A stretch of 23,049 nucleotides of DNA, taken from the NCBI RefSeq assembly GCF_006345805.1, contig NW_021836600.1, positions 1 to 23,049 on the forward strand, written 5' to 3'. The position numbers and the translations under genes are program-made. Below are positions 10,950-21,950 of the stretch, piece by piece (the first letter of the stretch is position 1; every line of letters begins with the position of its first letter). The stretch is from Octopus sinensis (lineage: Eukaryota). The notes under the pieces are model-generated. The model saw only the letters and a list, made by a program, of their open reading frames with translations. It did not search any database and was not told where the DNA came from.

Positions 10950-11156
10950 TATATAAGCATATATACAGAAGGAATTTGTAGACAGTATTTGATAGGAAAA
11001 CCGTATGTTGCTTAGTTAAATATAATTTATGATGAAATTTTAAGTATTTATACAGAATTTTAGGGGAATGACCAACCTTGTTTCTTCATCTAAGCAATAC
11101 ACGCTTTTTCTTATCAAATACTCTCTACAATTTCTTTCTCTATATATGCTTATATA
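10950..11156. mobile_element. MITE with ~66-bp imperfect terminal inverted repeats
   Basis: 10950-11015 is the reverse complement of 11090-11156 (outer 16 bp tatataagcatatata perfect; ~85% overall); ~75-bp spacer; TA-rich ends compatible with Tc1/mariner-type insertion. Confidence 0.75.
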
Positions 11157-11527
11157 CAATAATGATTTTTGATGAACTTATAAATAATTATGAATGTATT
11201 TTACTACCTATTTTGAACGCTTTTATGTAAATTGTTTAAACACAAAGCCCCTCTTAACATTTTCTTATCATTGTCAAAGATTCTATTTCTTAACATTTTC
11301 TTATTCTCAAAACTGTATCACTGTATTTTAATACATCGATGATAACCCTTTTTTAACACCACAAAGGCTACACAAAGCCTTAGATTTTACTTTTGAAAAT
11401 CTTCTTTTTTCTAAAGTGAAACCGGTGAAGTCAATAAACATCTTTAAAAGACCTCTGCATTTTCCAATCCTCTTCCCTATATATATTCACTCGTGCGGTA
11501 CCTTGCAATTTTACTTTGATATATATA

Positions 11528-11591
<64 letters not shown>

Positions 11592-11887
11592 AGAATGTTG
11601 AAAAGAAACACACGAGTTGATATATATATATGGAAAAAAGTCAAGGTAGGGAATGTTAAAATCATTTTATAAAAAACATCTCAGTACCGGTTTCAGTCAT
11701 TGAAACTTCATCAACTGTATGTATGGAAAACAATTAAATTTTGGAAATGATAAATGATAAGTTTTTTAAAAGAATATTTGCATAGTATTCAAATACAAGG
11801 GGCATTTTCCTTTTTTTCTGCCTGTCTCTGTCTCTCTTGTTTATTCTTGTGGGTTCGAGGTCGTTGTGAATTCTTGGCAGAGAAAAA

Positions 11888-11977
11888 GAAGAAGAAGAAG
11901 AAGAAGAAGAAGAAGAAGAAGAAGAAGAAGAAGAAGAAGAAGAAGAAGAAGAAGAAGAGAAGAAGAAGAAGAAGAAG
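11888..11977 (+). repeat. (GAA)n, about 30 units
   Basis: Near-perfect tandem run with one interruption. Confidence 0.95.
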
Positions 11978-12362
11978 ATGCGGGAGTGCCATGATAGTAT
12001 GTTAAATGGTCAAGTGCCCTGAAAATGACCCGTTGTGGATGGTAGTAGTGATTGAATTCTTGAGATATCTCTTTTGAATGTATTGTTTATAATATTTGCG
12101 TAGGTGTTATTCTAAAGAGCAGTAGTTGTAAAGTAAGGAAGGAGGTGGCGGAGTGGAAGATGACGAAGAAGAAGGAGAAAGAGAATAAGAGAGAATGATA
12201 AGGGAATGCGGGATGGTATGATAGTAGTAAGATGTTAAATGGTCAAGTGACCTAAAAGTGACTCGTTGTGGAGTATAGCAGTGATTGGGACTGTTTTTAA
12301 TAAATTCTTGGGCATCTCTTGAATGTATCATTTTTTTTAATATTTGCGTGTGTTATTCTAAG
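11978..12362 (+). repeat. Diverged tandem duplication (~230-bp period)
   Basis: atgcggga..tgttaaatggtcaagtg..cgttgtgga..taatatttgcgt..gtgttattcta occurs at 11978-12116 and 12206-12362. Confidence 0.8.
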
Positions 12363-12515
12363 GCCGTGATGGATATGTCGTTTGTTGTAGACGTGCTCAA
12401 AAGGCGTCTATATTTTGTAATAAAGAGAGTCTCATTACTAATTCGTTGGCTCCAGGTTGTATCGTACCTGAATTGGTAGAGGAGAAAAATTCTGAAGCTT
12501 GGATTTTTCTTATTG

Positions 12516-12869
12516 GCGAGGCTCGTCTTCTAGGCTCGAAATATCTGGAATCACTGTTGACATTGGCTTACACTTATTGTCCGATCCCCATATACTGCAT
12601 TAATACTCCTCGCACTTTACGTTATTTTGTTGCTCCATTCCTTACAAAGCAAAATATGACAGAAACCTTACTTTGTCACTTCCATTATAACTTTGAAACA
12701 AATAACTGTTAAAATCGAACTGCACGCTTCAAAACTTGCACTAAGAATAATATAAGGTAAAATTACTACCGATTATTATAGCAAGTTGACGCAGGTAGTT
12801 TATCCCGTCCCCCTCCGACTTTTAGTTCATACAATTGTAAAACCACATTATTTATGGGATGACCCAGTA
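12516..12869 (-). pseudogene. Mariner-family transposon 5' remnant: TIR, 5' UTR and degenerate transposase N-terminal HTH
   Basis: Minus strand begins TA+ctgggtcatcccataaataatgtggtttt. ATG at 12685 gives MEVTK*GFCHILLCKEWSNKIT*SARSINAVYGDRTISVSQCQQ*FQIFRA, then a frameshift to LEDEPR, matching the mariner pattern (A-YG...C.RWF..FR.G.F.LEDEPR). Three stops; the other end was not found. Confidence 0.8.
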
Positions 12870-13397
12870 TATATGTATGTATGTACTTGTATCCCTCTTG
12901 TATATACTTGTATTCTTTCTCACTCACTCTCACTCTCTCAATTATTCTCTCTCCGTCTCTCTATCTATCTACCTATATATATTTATATATATATATATAT
13001 ATAATTTTACATGCGTGTATACAAACACATCGGCATATATGTATGCATATAAGCATTTACATATATATATATATGTGTGTGTGTATGTATATGTATATAT
13101 GTATGTATGTAAATATATATATACACTTACATGTATACATGTATATATATATATCTATATATGTATGTATGTATATATTCATTTATATATATATGTGTGT
13201 GTATGTCTCTCTCTCTCTCTTTATATATATCTATATATACACATATATATAAATTCATATATCTATAACATATATGTATATTTATATATATATATATATA
13301 TACACACACATTCATACATGTATATGTACGTGTATGTAAATATATATATATATAGGTATATATATATATATATATATGTATATGTATATGTATATAT

Positions 13398-13467
<70 letters not shown>

Positions 13468-13530
13468 TATATACATATATATAATATATATATATATATG
13501 CATATATATATGCTTGTATGTATGTATGTT
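12870..13530. repeat. Long (TA)n/(TG)n/(CT)n compound microsatellite
   Basis: Direct inspection; it begins at the mariner TA target site. Confidence 0.95.
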
Positions 13531-13804
13531 TTTTATAAGTAGGTATGATTATAATCATGCAATTACATATTTATATATGCATACATTTCGAGATTAACAA
13601 TATACATTATTGCATATTTCCAAATACGCCAGATGGCGTTACGATATATGTCACATTATATTGCATTCGGGGAAAATATGAGCACTTCTTGGTGCATTCA
13701 TTTGAGCTTTTAATGAAGATTGGTAACCCAAGAGATAGCAAATGGAATTGTACGGAACTGGGATTAAGTGGTATGCTTGCATTTAGACACACATACACAA
13801 TGAT

Positions 13805-13890
13805 CGATCTATCTATCTATCTATCTATCTCTATCTATCCATTCATCTATCTATCTATCTCTATCTATCTATCTATCTATCTATCTCTCG

Positions 13891-13962
<72 letters not shown>

Positions 13963-14377
13963 TACATATGTGTGTATGTGCGTGCGTAGGTGTGTGTGTG
14001 GGCGTGTGTAAAGAGATAGATAGTTACATAGATAGATAGAAAGATAGATAGATAGATAAATAAATAAATAGATAGATAGGTAGATAGATAGGTAGATAGA
14101 TAGGTAGATAAATAGCTATTTAGGCTGGTAGTTAGTAAGTTGGATAGGTAGCCGGGTTTGTATGTATGTGTGTATGTAGATAGGTAGGTAGGTAGGTAGG
14201 TAGGTAGGTTGGTAGGTAGGTAGGTAGGTAGGTCGGTAGGTAGGTAGGTAAGTATGTAGCGAGGGAGGGAGGAATGGAGGAAGGTGAGAAGTTAGGAAGA
14301 TTAGAAGTTAGAAGGTAGATAGATCGATAGATATACAGACAAGCAGACAGACAGACATACGCGCGCACACAGGCAGG

Positions 14378-14417
<40 letters not shown>

Positions 14418-14420
14418 TAT

Positions 14421-14460
<40 letters not shown>

Positions 14461-14468
14461 GATAGATA
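13805..14468. repeat. Tetranucleotide mosaic (TATC)n,(TC)n,(TA)n,(TG)n,(GATA)n,(GGTA)n,(GACA)n
   Basis: Direct tandem repeats. Confidence 0.95.
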
Positions 14469-14469
14469 A

Positions 14470-14766
14470 GTTTCTTTATTGGCCACACAGGGCTGCACAC
14501 AGATGGGACAAGTTACAAGGTAGAGCTTTTCTTTGGGGGATGAAAAAAAGGGGGTGGCGTAGGTTTTCGATCAAGAGGGATCGTAAAAGGGAAGAAAAGA
14601 ACAAAAAAAAGAAAAAAAGAAAAAAAAGAATAAAAAATAAAAAGAATAAAAAAAAAAGAAAGGGAAAGGAACAAAAGAAAAGAGAAATGAAAAAAGAAGA
14701 AAAAGGGGAAAAAAAAGGGGAAGAGGAAAAAAAAAAAAGGAACGATCAATAGGGATCGTGTATCAC

Positions 14767-14767
<1 letters not shown>
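14470..14767 (-). mobile_element. 3' end of a non-LTR retroelement embedded in (GATA)n
   Basis: Minus strand ends ccttgtaacttgtcccatctgtgtgcagccctgtgtggccAATAAAgaaac; T-rich body; two near-identical hairpins; (GATA)n on both sides. Confidence 0.6.

Positions 14768-14850
<83 letters not shown>
14768..14850 (+). repeat. (GATA)n, about 20 units
   Basis: Perfect tandem run. Confidence 0.95.
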
Positions 14851-15173
14851 TATACGTGGTCTGGAACGACGTAGTTCCGATGGAAACTTAATCCCACTAT
14901 CACACAACCACCTAAGCTCAAAATGTGATATCTTTGAGCTGCAGCTTCGCTATAATGCGAATAAATAGACAGCAAAAATAGCTTTTATACACAGCTGACA
15001 GTATATCTACAGACGTATTAAAGAAGCTCTATAACTATTGACCATTTGTTGGTTGCTATAACTCTAGTTTTTCCAAAGTCAATCAAGGACCATTTTATTT
15101 CGTGTTTGATTATGAATTGTAGTTGACGGATTTGATAATATAAGCGAACTATCAACGTTGGTAATAACGTTAC

Positions 15174-15339
15174 AAACACTCTGGGTTTATTGTAACCTAA
15201 GGACTCAAATCTCCCTGGTTCAGTCTATCTGTCTTTAAATCGATAAAATGGTTAAACACTCTGGGTTTATTGTAACCTAAGGACTCAAATCTCCCTGGTT
15301 CAGTCTATCTGTCTTTAAATCGATAAAATGGTTAAACAC
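15174..15339 (+). repeat. Perfect 80-bp tandem duplication
   Basis: 15174-15253 equals 15254-15333, plus a terminal aaacac at 15334-15339. Confidence 0.95.
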
Positions 15340-15528
15340 AAGTCATCACACTAAAGTACCATTCACTTAGTGTCTTGCAAGGGACTTGCAGGAACGTGGA
15401 GAAGACAACAAGAAGTCGACCAAATTCCTACTTTTCTGCTTTAGATCAAAATCGTCGGCCACTGGTGTCACGTGACAACCCCTCCTGCGCTCTCTCAACT
15501 TGTTAGCTTTTCGTTATATTTATCTGTT

Positions 15529-15918
15529 GTGGAGGCGCAATGGCCCAGTGGTTAGGGCAGCGGACTCGCGGTCATAGGATCGCGGTTTCGATTCCCAGAC
15601 CGGGCGTTGTGAGTGTTTATTGAGCGAAAACACCTAAAGCTCCACGAGGCTCCGGCAGGGGATGGTGGTGATCCCTGCTGTACTCTTTCACCACAACTTT
15701 CTCTCACTCTTACTTCCTGTTTCTGTTGTACCTGTATTTCAAAAGGCCGGCCTTGTCACTCTCTGTGTCACGCTGAATATCCCCGAGAACTACGTTAAGG
15801 GTACACGTGTCTGTAGAGTGCTCAGCCACTTACACGTTAATTTCACGAGCAGGCTGTTCCGTTGATTCGGATCAACCGGAAACCTCGTCGTCGTAACCGA
15901 CGGAGTGCTTCCCATCCC
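15529..15918 (+). mobile_element. Full-length tRNA-derived SINE (second head type, shared 3' tail)
   Basis: A box tggcccagtgg, B-box-like tttcgattccc; TSD atatttatc(t/c)gtt at 15516-15528 and 15919-15931 (12/13). Confidence 0.9.
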
Positions 15919-16609
15919 ATATTTATCCGTTAGTCTTTCTACAGGAAAAAAAATATATAAATATTTTGAAAAACAAGTCCTCGATATAAAACATTTTCTC
16001 GGAAGAATGAAACCATGCCACTATTTCGTGCCTCAAAATGTTAATTCAATTACCGGAGTCTATGAGAAAGGAAAAGTGACGTAGTTTTCTCTTGTTGTTA
16101 TGACGTGCGTGTACTCGTTGGGTGTATAAAAGTATTACCCAAATAAATACTTGTATCTGGTTAACTAGAAGCGACCTATCGCAGAATTTCTAGGTTCACA
16201 CAGAACTCTCTCCCTACTACTCCAACGTTGGCACGATATCAATCAACAAACGTCATGCTAACGCAACAACCAATACGGTGGACCAACAACACCACCAACT
16301 GGCCCTGACAGCTCAAATAGTTGTTTATTTATTGAAATATATACTTGTCCACTTTCAGTCACTTGTGGGTGTACAGGTTCTCCCATAACGCTCGTAAAAG
16401 ACACAACGGATTTTCAGATCCCATTCAGACATCAACCGTAGACAGCTCAGGTAGAATAATGTTGTTGTCGTTGTTGTTGTAGTTACTGATGTGCTTTTTT
16501 GGTGTTCTCACTGTTTCACCTGTGGTTGTTTTGGTAGCTGAAGTAGTAGCTGTTGTTGTTCATGTTGCTGCTGCTGTTGTCAATACAAGGTATTCGTACT
16601 ATTGCATAT

Positions 16610-16931
16610 GGCCCAGTGGTTACGGCAGCGGATTCACGGTCAAAGGAGCGCGGTTTCGATTCCCAGACCGGGCGTTGTGAGTGTTTATTGAGTAAAAACT
16701 CCTAAATTTCCACGAGGTTCTGGCAGGGGGTGGCGGCGAACCCTGCTGTACTCTTTTCTCTCACTATTTCTTCCTGTTTCTGTTATACCTGTATGCTGAA
16801 TCTCCCCGAGAACTACATTAAGGGTAGATGTGTCTGTTGAATGCTCAGCTACTTGCACGTTAATTTCGCGAGCAGGCTGTTCCGTTAACCGGATCAACCG
16901 GAACCCTCGTCGTCGTAAGCGACGGAGGACC
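16610..16931 (+). mobile_element. SINE of the same family as 15529, slightly 5'-truncated with internal deletions
   Basis: Perfect 12-bp TSD actattgcatat at 16598-16609 and 16932-16943; aligns with 15529-15918. Confidence 0.9.
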
Positions 16932-17053
16932 ACTATTGCATATATTTTATCGTTGGTATTCATTCATGATCTTTCCTTTCTTCCATTTCATTTATATTTT
17001 ATTTATCTATATATTATTTTCATTTCCTTTTGATTCTGGTTGTTCACTTTGTT

Positions 17054-17054
<1 letters not shown>

Positions 17055-17089
<35 letters not shown>

Positions 17090-17449
17090 CACCACCATCA
17101 CCACCACCACCACCACCACTACTACTACTACTGCTACTACTACTACTACTACTACTGTAAAAGTAATTTTTTCTTGCTTTTGTTTTGCTTAACTGATGTT
17201 ATTGAATGTTCTTTGAGTTCCTCTTTTTCTTCTCAGCCGTCTTCTTGTTCTTTTCCTCCTTTTCTTATCTTCGTATCATCATCATCATCATTATCATCAT
17301 CATCTTTCTTCTCGTCTTCTTTTTCTCCGGCGTCGTCTTCTCTTTTTCTCTGTCTTCTTTTTCGTCTCTTTCTTCCTCCAATTTTGTTTTGTATTACTCT
17401 TCTTCTTCTTTTTCTTCTTCTTCTTCTTTCTTCTCTTCTTCTTCTTCTT

Positions 17450-17487
<38 letters not shown>

Positions 17488-18177
17488 TCTTCTTCTACTT
17501 CTCCTCATTTATCTTCTCCTCCTCCTTCTTTTTCTTCTTCTCCTCCTCCTCCTTCTTCCCCTTCTCCTCCTCTTCCTACTTCTTCTTCTTCTTCTCCTCC
17601 TCACTCCCCCCTCTCCTTCTTCTCCTCCTCCATCTTCTTCGTCTTCTTCTTCTCCTCCTCCTTCTCCTCCTCCTCCTCCTCCATCTTCTTCTTCTTCTTC
17701 TTCTTCTTCTTCTCCTCCTCCACCTCCTTCTCCTTCTTCTCCTGCTTCTTCTTATTCTTGTTATTCCTTACATGTATTCTCATTTATCTCGTTGCAGCTG
17801 TAACCGTATTGAAGTTGTTCTTATTTATGCTGATAACACACTTGCTGTCGTCTCTGTTGTAGCAATTGTTTTTGCTGCTGCTATTGCCATTGCTATTGAT
17901 CGTGCTGCTGTCCATGCTGCTGCTGATGTTACTCTGACTGTTGTTGTTGTTGTTTTTGTAGCTGTCAGCGTTCTTGTAATCGTTTTTGTCATTGCTTTTG
18001 TTTTTGTCCTTGTTACGGTCTTCATTCTTGGTGTCGTAGTCGTTGACGTGTCTGTGATTACCGTTGTTGTAATTGCTGCCGTCAGCGTTCTTCCTGTCAT
18101 CGTTGTCATCATCATCGCCATAGTAGTAGTAGTAGCAGCAGCAGCAGCAGCAGCTGTAATTGTCGTCGTCGTTGATA

Positions 18178-18209
<32 letters not shown>

Positions 18210-18433
18210 GTTGCTGCTGTGGTGTTGTTGCTGCTGCTGTAGCTGTTGTTGTTTGTCCCCGTGTCAAACCTGTCTGGACTTGCGCATGATCAAAAGCGTT
18301 CCAGCAATGACTAATCCCTCGGGCCATAGCGTCAATCTCCACCTCTTTCTCTCTCTCTCCCTCTTTCTCTCTCTCTTTCTCTTTCTCCTTCTCTCTCACT
18401 TCTTCTCTCTCTCACTCTCCCCCTTTCTCGTCC

Positions 18434-18490
<57 letters not shown>

Positions 18491-18937
18491 ATGTCTGTCT
18501 ATCTATATCGTTCACGACTAAGCTGGAATTAAAGTTACGTTTGCCTGCTATTTACAGCAGGTCGAGTGATCGCATAGAGGTGCCCCTTTCGTTTGTTGCT
18601 GCTGCCATTGTTATTATTGCTGTTGCTGTTGCAGCTGCAGCTTCTGATGTTGTAGTTGTTGTTGTTGTTATTACTGTTGTATTTGTGTTATTACTGCCGT
18701 CTTTGTTGTTGCTTCTCATTGTTCTTGCTGCTGTTGTTGTTACCGCTGCTGTCGACGCTGCTGCTGCCGCCACCGCCAATGTTGGTGGTGGTGCTGCTGC
18801 TGCATTCTTTCTTTATAAACTTGAAAAAGCAGTTCTGTTTTCTTCATATCGAAAATGAACGGAAATTGACAGGAAATTAATACTAATCCAGATATTGTTT
18901 TTAATTCAATCATTATCTTTGCTGTTATTGCTGCTGC

Positions 18938-18968
<31 letters not shown>

Positions 18969-18998
18969 GCTCTTCTTCTTCTTCTTCTTCTTCTTCTT

Positions 18999-19030
<32 letters not shown>

Positions 19031-19290
19031 TCTGTTGTCGTTGTTATTGTTGTTGCAGCTGTTACTATCGTCGTCTGCATCATAATGGCGGTCGAGATGA
19101 CGATGACGACGACGACGAAGAAGAAGAAGAAGAAAAGGAGAAGGAAGAGGAGGAGGAGAAGAAGAAAATGTGTAAGGAGGAGAAAGAGAAAGTTAAGTAG
19201 AAGAAGAAGAAGAAGAAGAAGAAGAAGAAGAAGAAGGAGAAGAAGAAGGAGAAGAAGAAGAAGAAGAAGAAGAAGAAGAAGAAGAAGAAG

Positions 19291-19322
<32 letters not shown>

Positions 19323-19345
19323 CAACAACCACAACAACAACAATG
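17055..19345. repeat. Low-complexity trinucleotide mosaic (TAC, CAC, TCT/CCT, GCT/GTT, GAA, AAC) with (CT)n and (TATC)n
   Basis: Direct inspection; generates poly-amino-acid ORFs in several frames on both strands. Confidence 0.9.
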
Positions 19346-19800
19346 AAAATAGTGATAATAAATTATTTATTTAAGTCCATTAAGAGAAGTAGATAAAATG
19401 TGAAATCTATCAAGAAATCAAACTGTATCCATATTGTGTTTTCAATGTAAAAGCTATCGACAACAACAACAACATCAACCAATATGTCTGCCCACAAGAA
19501 ATTGCATAAACAATAATTGTACTAAAAGAAAATGAAAACGCAAAAATGTCTGAAATGTAATATAACGCTAAACACTATTTTTTTTCAACGTTGGTCTCTT
19601 TAACAAAGCCTACAGCGAAATATAGCTTAAGGGAGAAGAAATAAGTTGTTGTGATGTGGATATCTTCTCTTAGAAGCGTTAGCGAAACGTGAGCGAAATG
19701 GCTTTAATTAGCAGCATTTGGCTCGCAAAGAGGATTACCTTATGCTTGATCTAACGACGTTTCGCCACTACCCCTCTTCTCTGTGAACTATACATAGTTC

Positions 19801-20020
19801 AGATGAAGCAGTGTTGATTGGAATATAGCTGTGTAGAATGATATTTAACACGTCTATCAACACTCGGACATGGGAAGACCTTTCGCTGACTAGTTAGTCT
19901 CAAGCCAAGATTCTACTGAATCTAATATAATAAATGCGAATGCTAATTTCTGTGTATCAGTGTGTCACACTTTGACCCCCTCTCTCTCTCTCTCAATGAC
20001 ACTTCTACTATTGACCACGT
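19801..20020 (+). repeat. ~220-bp direct repeat, copy 1 (copy 2 at ~20552-20771), containing a Helitron-like 5' end at 19921
   Basis: gtgttgattggaatatagctgtgtagaatgatatttaac..tctaatataataaatgcgaa..caatgacacttctactattga in both copies, ~90% identical by eye. Confidence 0.9.
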
Positions 20021-20264
20021 AGCTTCCAGTTCATTCTCACTTCACATCAGCTTCTATGATAGCCAGGAGCCTACAAATGTCATATAAGCGGATTTAGTAG
20101 ACGCCGTATATATTAAGGTCTTCCTGCACTGCTCAATGCATTGTGAGGCAAACGTCCTCCACCGTGTTCGGTCAGCTGCTCCTCTTACACAGCCATTTTA
20201 CGCAATGTTGACAGCCTTTAGGTCATCTCGAAACGTCCACCGCCAACTGAGCTTCTGTTTTCGT

Positions 20265-20509
20265 TTGTCGTTTTCAACTGGGGTTCATATGACCCCGTGA
20301 AAGATTTTGTTTTTAAAATTCATGTGTGATAAATTGATTATTTCTGACATGCACAAAATTTTAAAATAATTTTTTAAAATACATTTGCTAATAATATCTA
20401 ATTCTAAATATATAATAGGATATTTTAAACATCGAATGGCAATGAGAGTCGATTCGAGTAAAGTAAAAATCAAAGGGTTCCATAGACAAAAAATAGTTGA
20501 GAAACACTG
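20265..20509. mobile_element. Probable decayed hAT-type MITE
   Basis: Right end gttgagaaacactg (reverse complement CAGTGTTTCTCAAC, Charlie-like TIR); left end gtcgttttcaactggggttcatatgacccc is decayed; no 8-bp TSD seen. Confidence 0.5.
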
Positions 20510-20671
20510 GGCTAGGCAGATTGTGACCGCACGTGTGTGTAAACGCGAGGTAGACGAAGTAGTGTTGATTGGAATATAGCTGTGTAGAATGATATTTAAC
20601 ATGGCTGTCAACACTCGGAAATGGGAAGACCTTTCGCTGACTAGTTAGTCTCAAGCCAAGATGCTACTTAA

Positions 20672-21740
20672 TCTAATATAATAAATGCGAAAGCTAATTT
20701 CTGTGTGTCAGTGTGTCACACTTTGACCTTCTCTCTCTCACTATTCAATGACACTTCTACTATTGATCATGTTAGGGTGAGAGTAATAGTAGGCATAGAG
20801 ACAGTGCGGGCGGTGACGAAGACAGAGAGAGAGAGAGAGAGAGAGAGAAAAAAAAGGAGAGGGAAAGAGAAACAAAGACATTTAGGGAGAGTTGATGATG
20901 TTTTTATTAAAAGTAGTTGTGTTGATGGTGGCAGTGGGTATGTGAGAGAAAGAGGGACTGAACACTGAACCAACATACTGAACTAACATATTGAAAGGTA
21001 ATAGTAATAGTATAAGCTGTAGTTGTGATAGAGTGAGGGCGCGTGGCTTAGTGGTTAGGGCATTCGGCTCATGATCGTAAGGTTGTGGGTTCGATTCCCG
21101 GCGACGCGTTGTGTCCTTGAGCAAGACACTTTATTTCACGTTGCTCCAGTCCACTCAGCTGGCAAAAATGAGTTGTACTTGTATTTCAAAGGTCAGCCTT
21201 GTCACTCTCTGTGTCACTGATTATCCCCGAGAACTACGTTAAGGGTACACGTGTCTGTGGAATGCTCAGCCATTTGCACGTTAATTTCACGAGCAAGCTG
21301 TTCCGTTGATCGTATCAGCTGGGACCCTCGTCGTCGTAACCGGCGGAGTCAGAAAGTTGTGATAGATACGGAGGTGGTAGCCGAGGCGGTCAGTGTTGAC
21401 GGTGAGATTTAAACGATGTGAAAGACAGTAGTGATGGTGGTGGGGGGAAGGCGGCGAAGTTAAAGGTATTGAGAAGTCTGAATGGTGTATGTATGGCAGA
21501 TGTGGTGGCGATTGTGACGGTACTGTTGTTTATCATGCAGCTTTGCAATAAGTTCCAAGTCGACAAATTATATCATTGTTTTGGTGGAAATTGTTCATTG
21601 CTTGAAAAATATTGTTCAAATTTAATAAAATTTAATATGTACTCAATGCATGAAGTGTTATTGTTGGGTCGAAAGCCTAATAAAGAGCCCTTCACAGGAG
21701 TTAGCTCAAAATCCGCCCTATCAGGTGGCTTTTAAACTAG
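20672..21740 (+). mobile_element. Non-autonomous Helitron with nested SINE
   Basis: Starts A|TCTAATATAATAAATGCG; ends with hairpin ccgcc-ctatca-ggtgg (21713-21728, one G-T pair), then CTAG|T at 21737-21741; no TSD, as expected for Helitrons. Confidence 0.65.
21033..21354 (+). mobile_element. Full-length tRNA-derived SINE (same family as 10444)
   Basis: A box tggcttagtgg, B box ggttcgattcc; perfect 12-bp TSD agttgtgataga at 21021-21032 and 21355-21366. Confidence 0.92.
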
Positions 21741-21950
21741 TAATCAATTTTTCTGAAAACACGCCACTGGGCCCCGAATTACGTCGTCAAATCGTGGGAC
21801 ACATGTGATTCTGTGTCGTTATGCTACATCAGCTACAGATTGCGAATCCGTTACACGCAGTCCGCTAAGGACATCCGTTCTTAAATTTAACAACAAATAG
21901 TACATATAGTGATGTGCGCAACGCTTTGTCTAATTGAAATTAATTAACAA

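Noticed and set aside
13590-13790. Protein-like ~65-aa open stretch (..KIGNPRDSKWNCTELGLSG..) within ORF 13545-14039
   Set aside because: No recognisable family and no convincing acceptor site; open frames of this length occur by chance.
16411-16450. 33-nt phase-compatible mini-exon candidate ending cag|gtagaa
   Set aside because: Weak polypyrimidine tract and weak donor; no independent support.
17030-19396. Long poly-S/L/R/K/E and Val/Ala/Thr-rich ORFs up to 257 aa
   Set aside because: Trinucleotide repeats lacking stop codons give ORFs on both strands; no recognisable protein or splice structure.
19745-19801. Possible Penelope-type hammerhead ribozyme remnant (minus strand gagaagaggggtagtggcgaaacgtcg) next to an 8-bp hairpin at 19784-19801
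   Set aside because: The GAAAC part is present, but the CUGAnGA core is broken and stem II does not pair; an Infernal hammerhead search would be needed.
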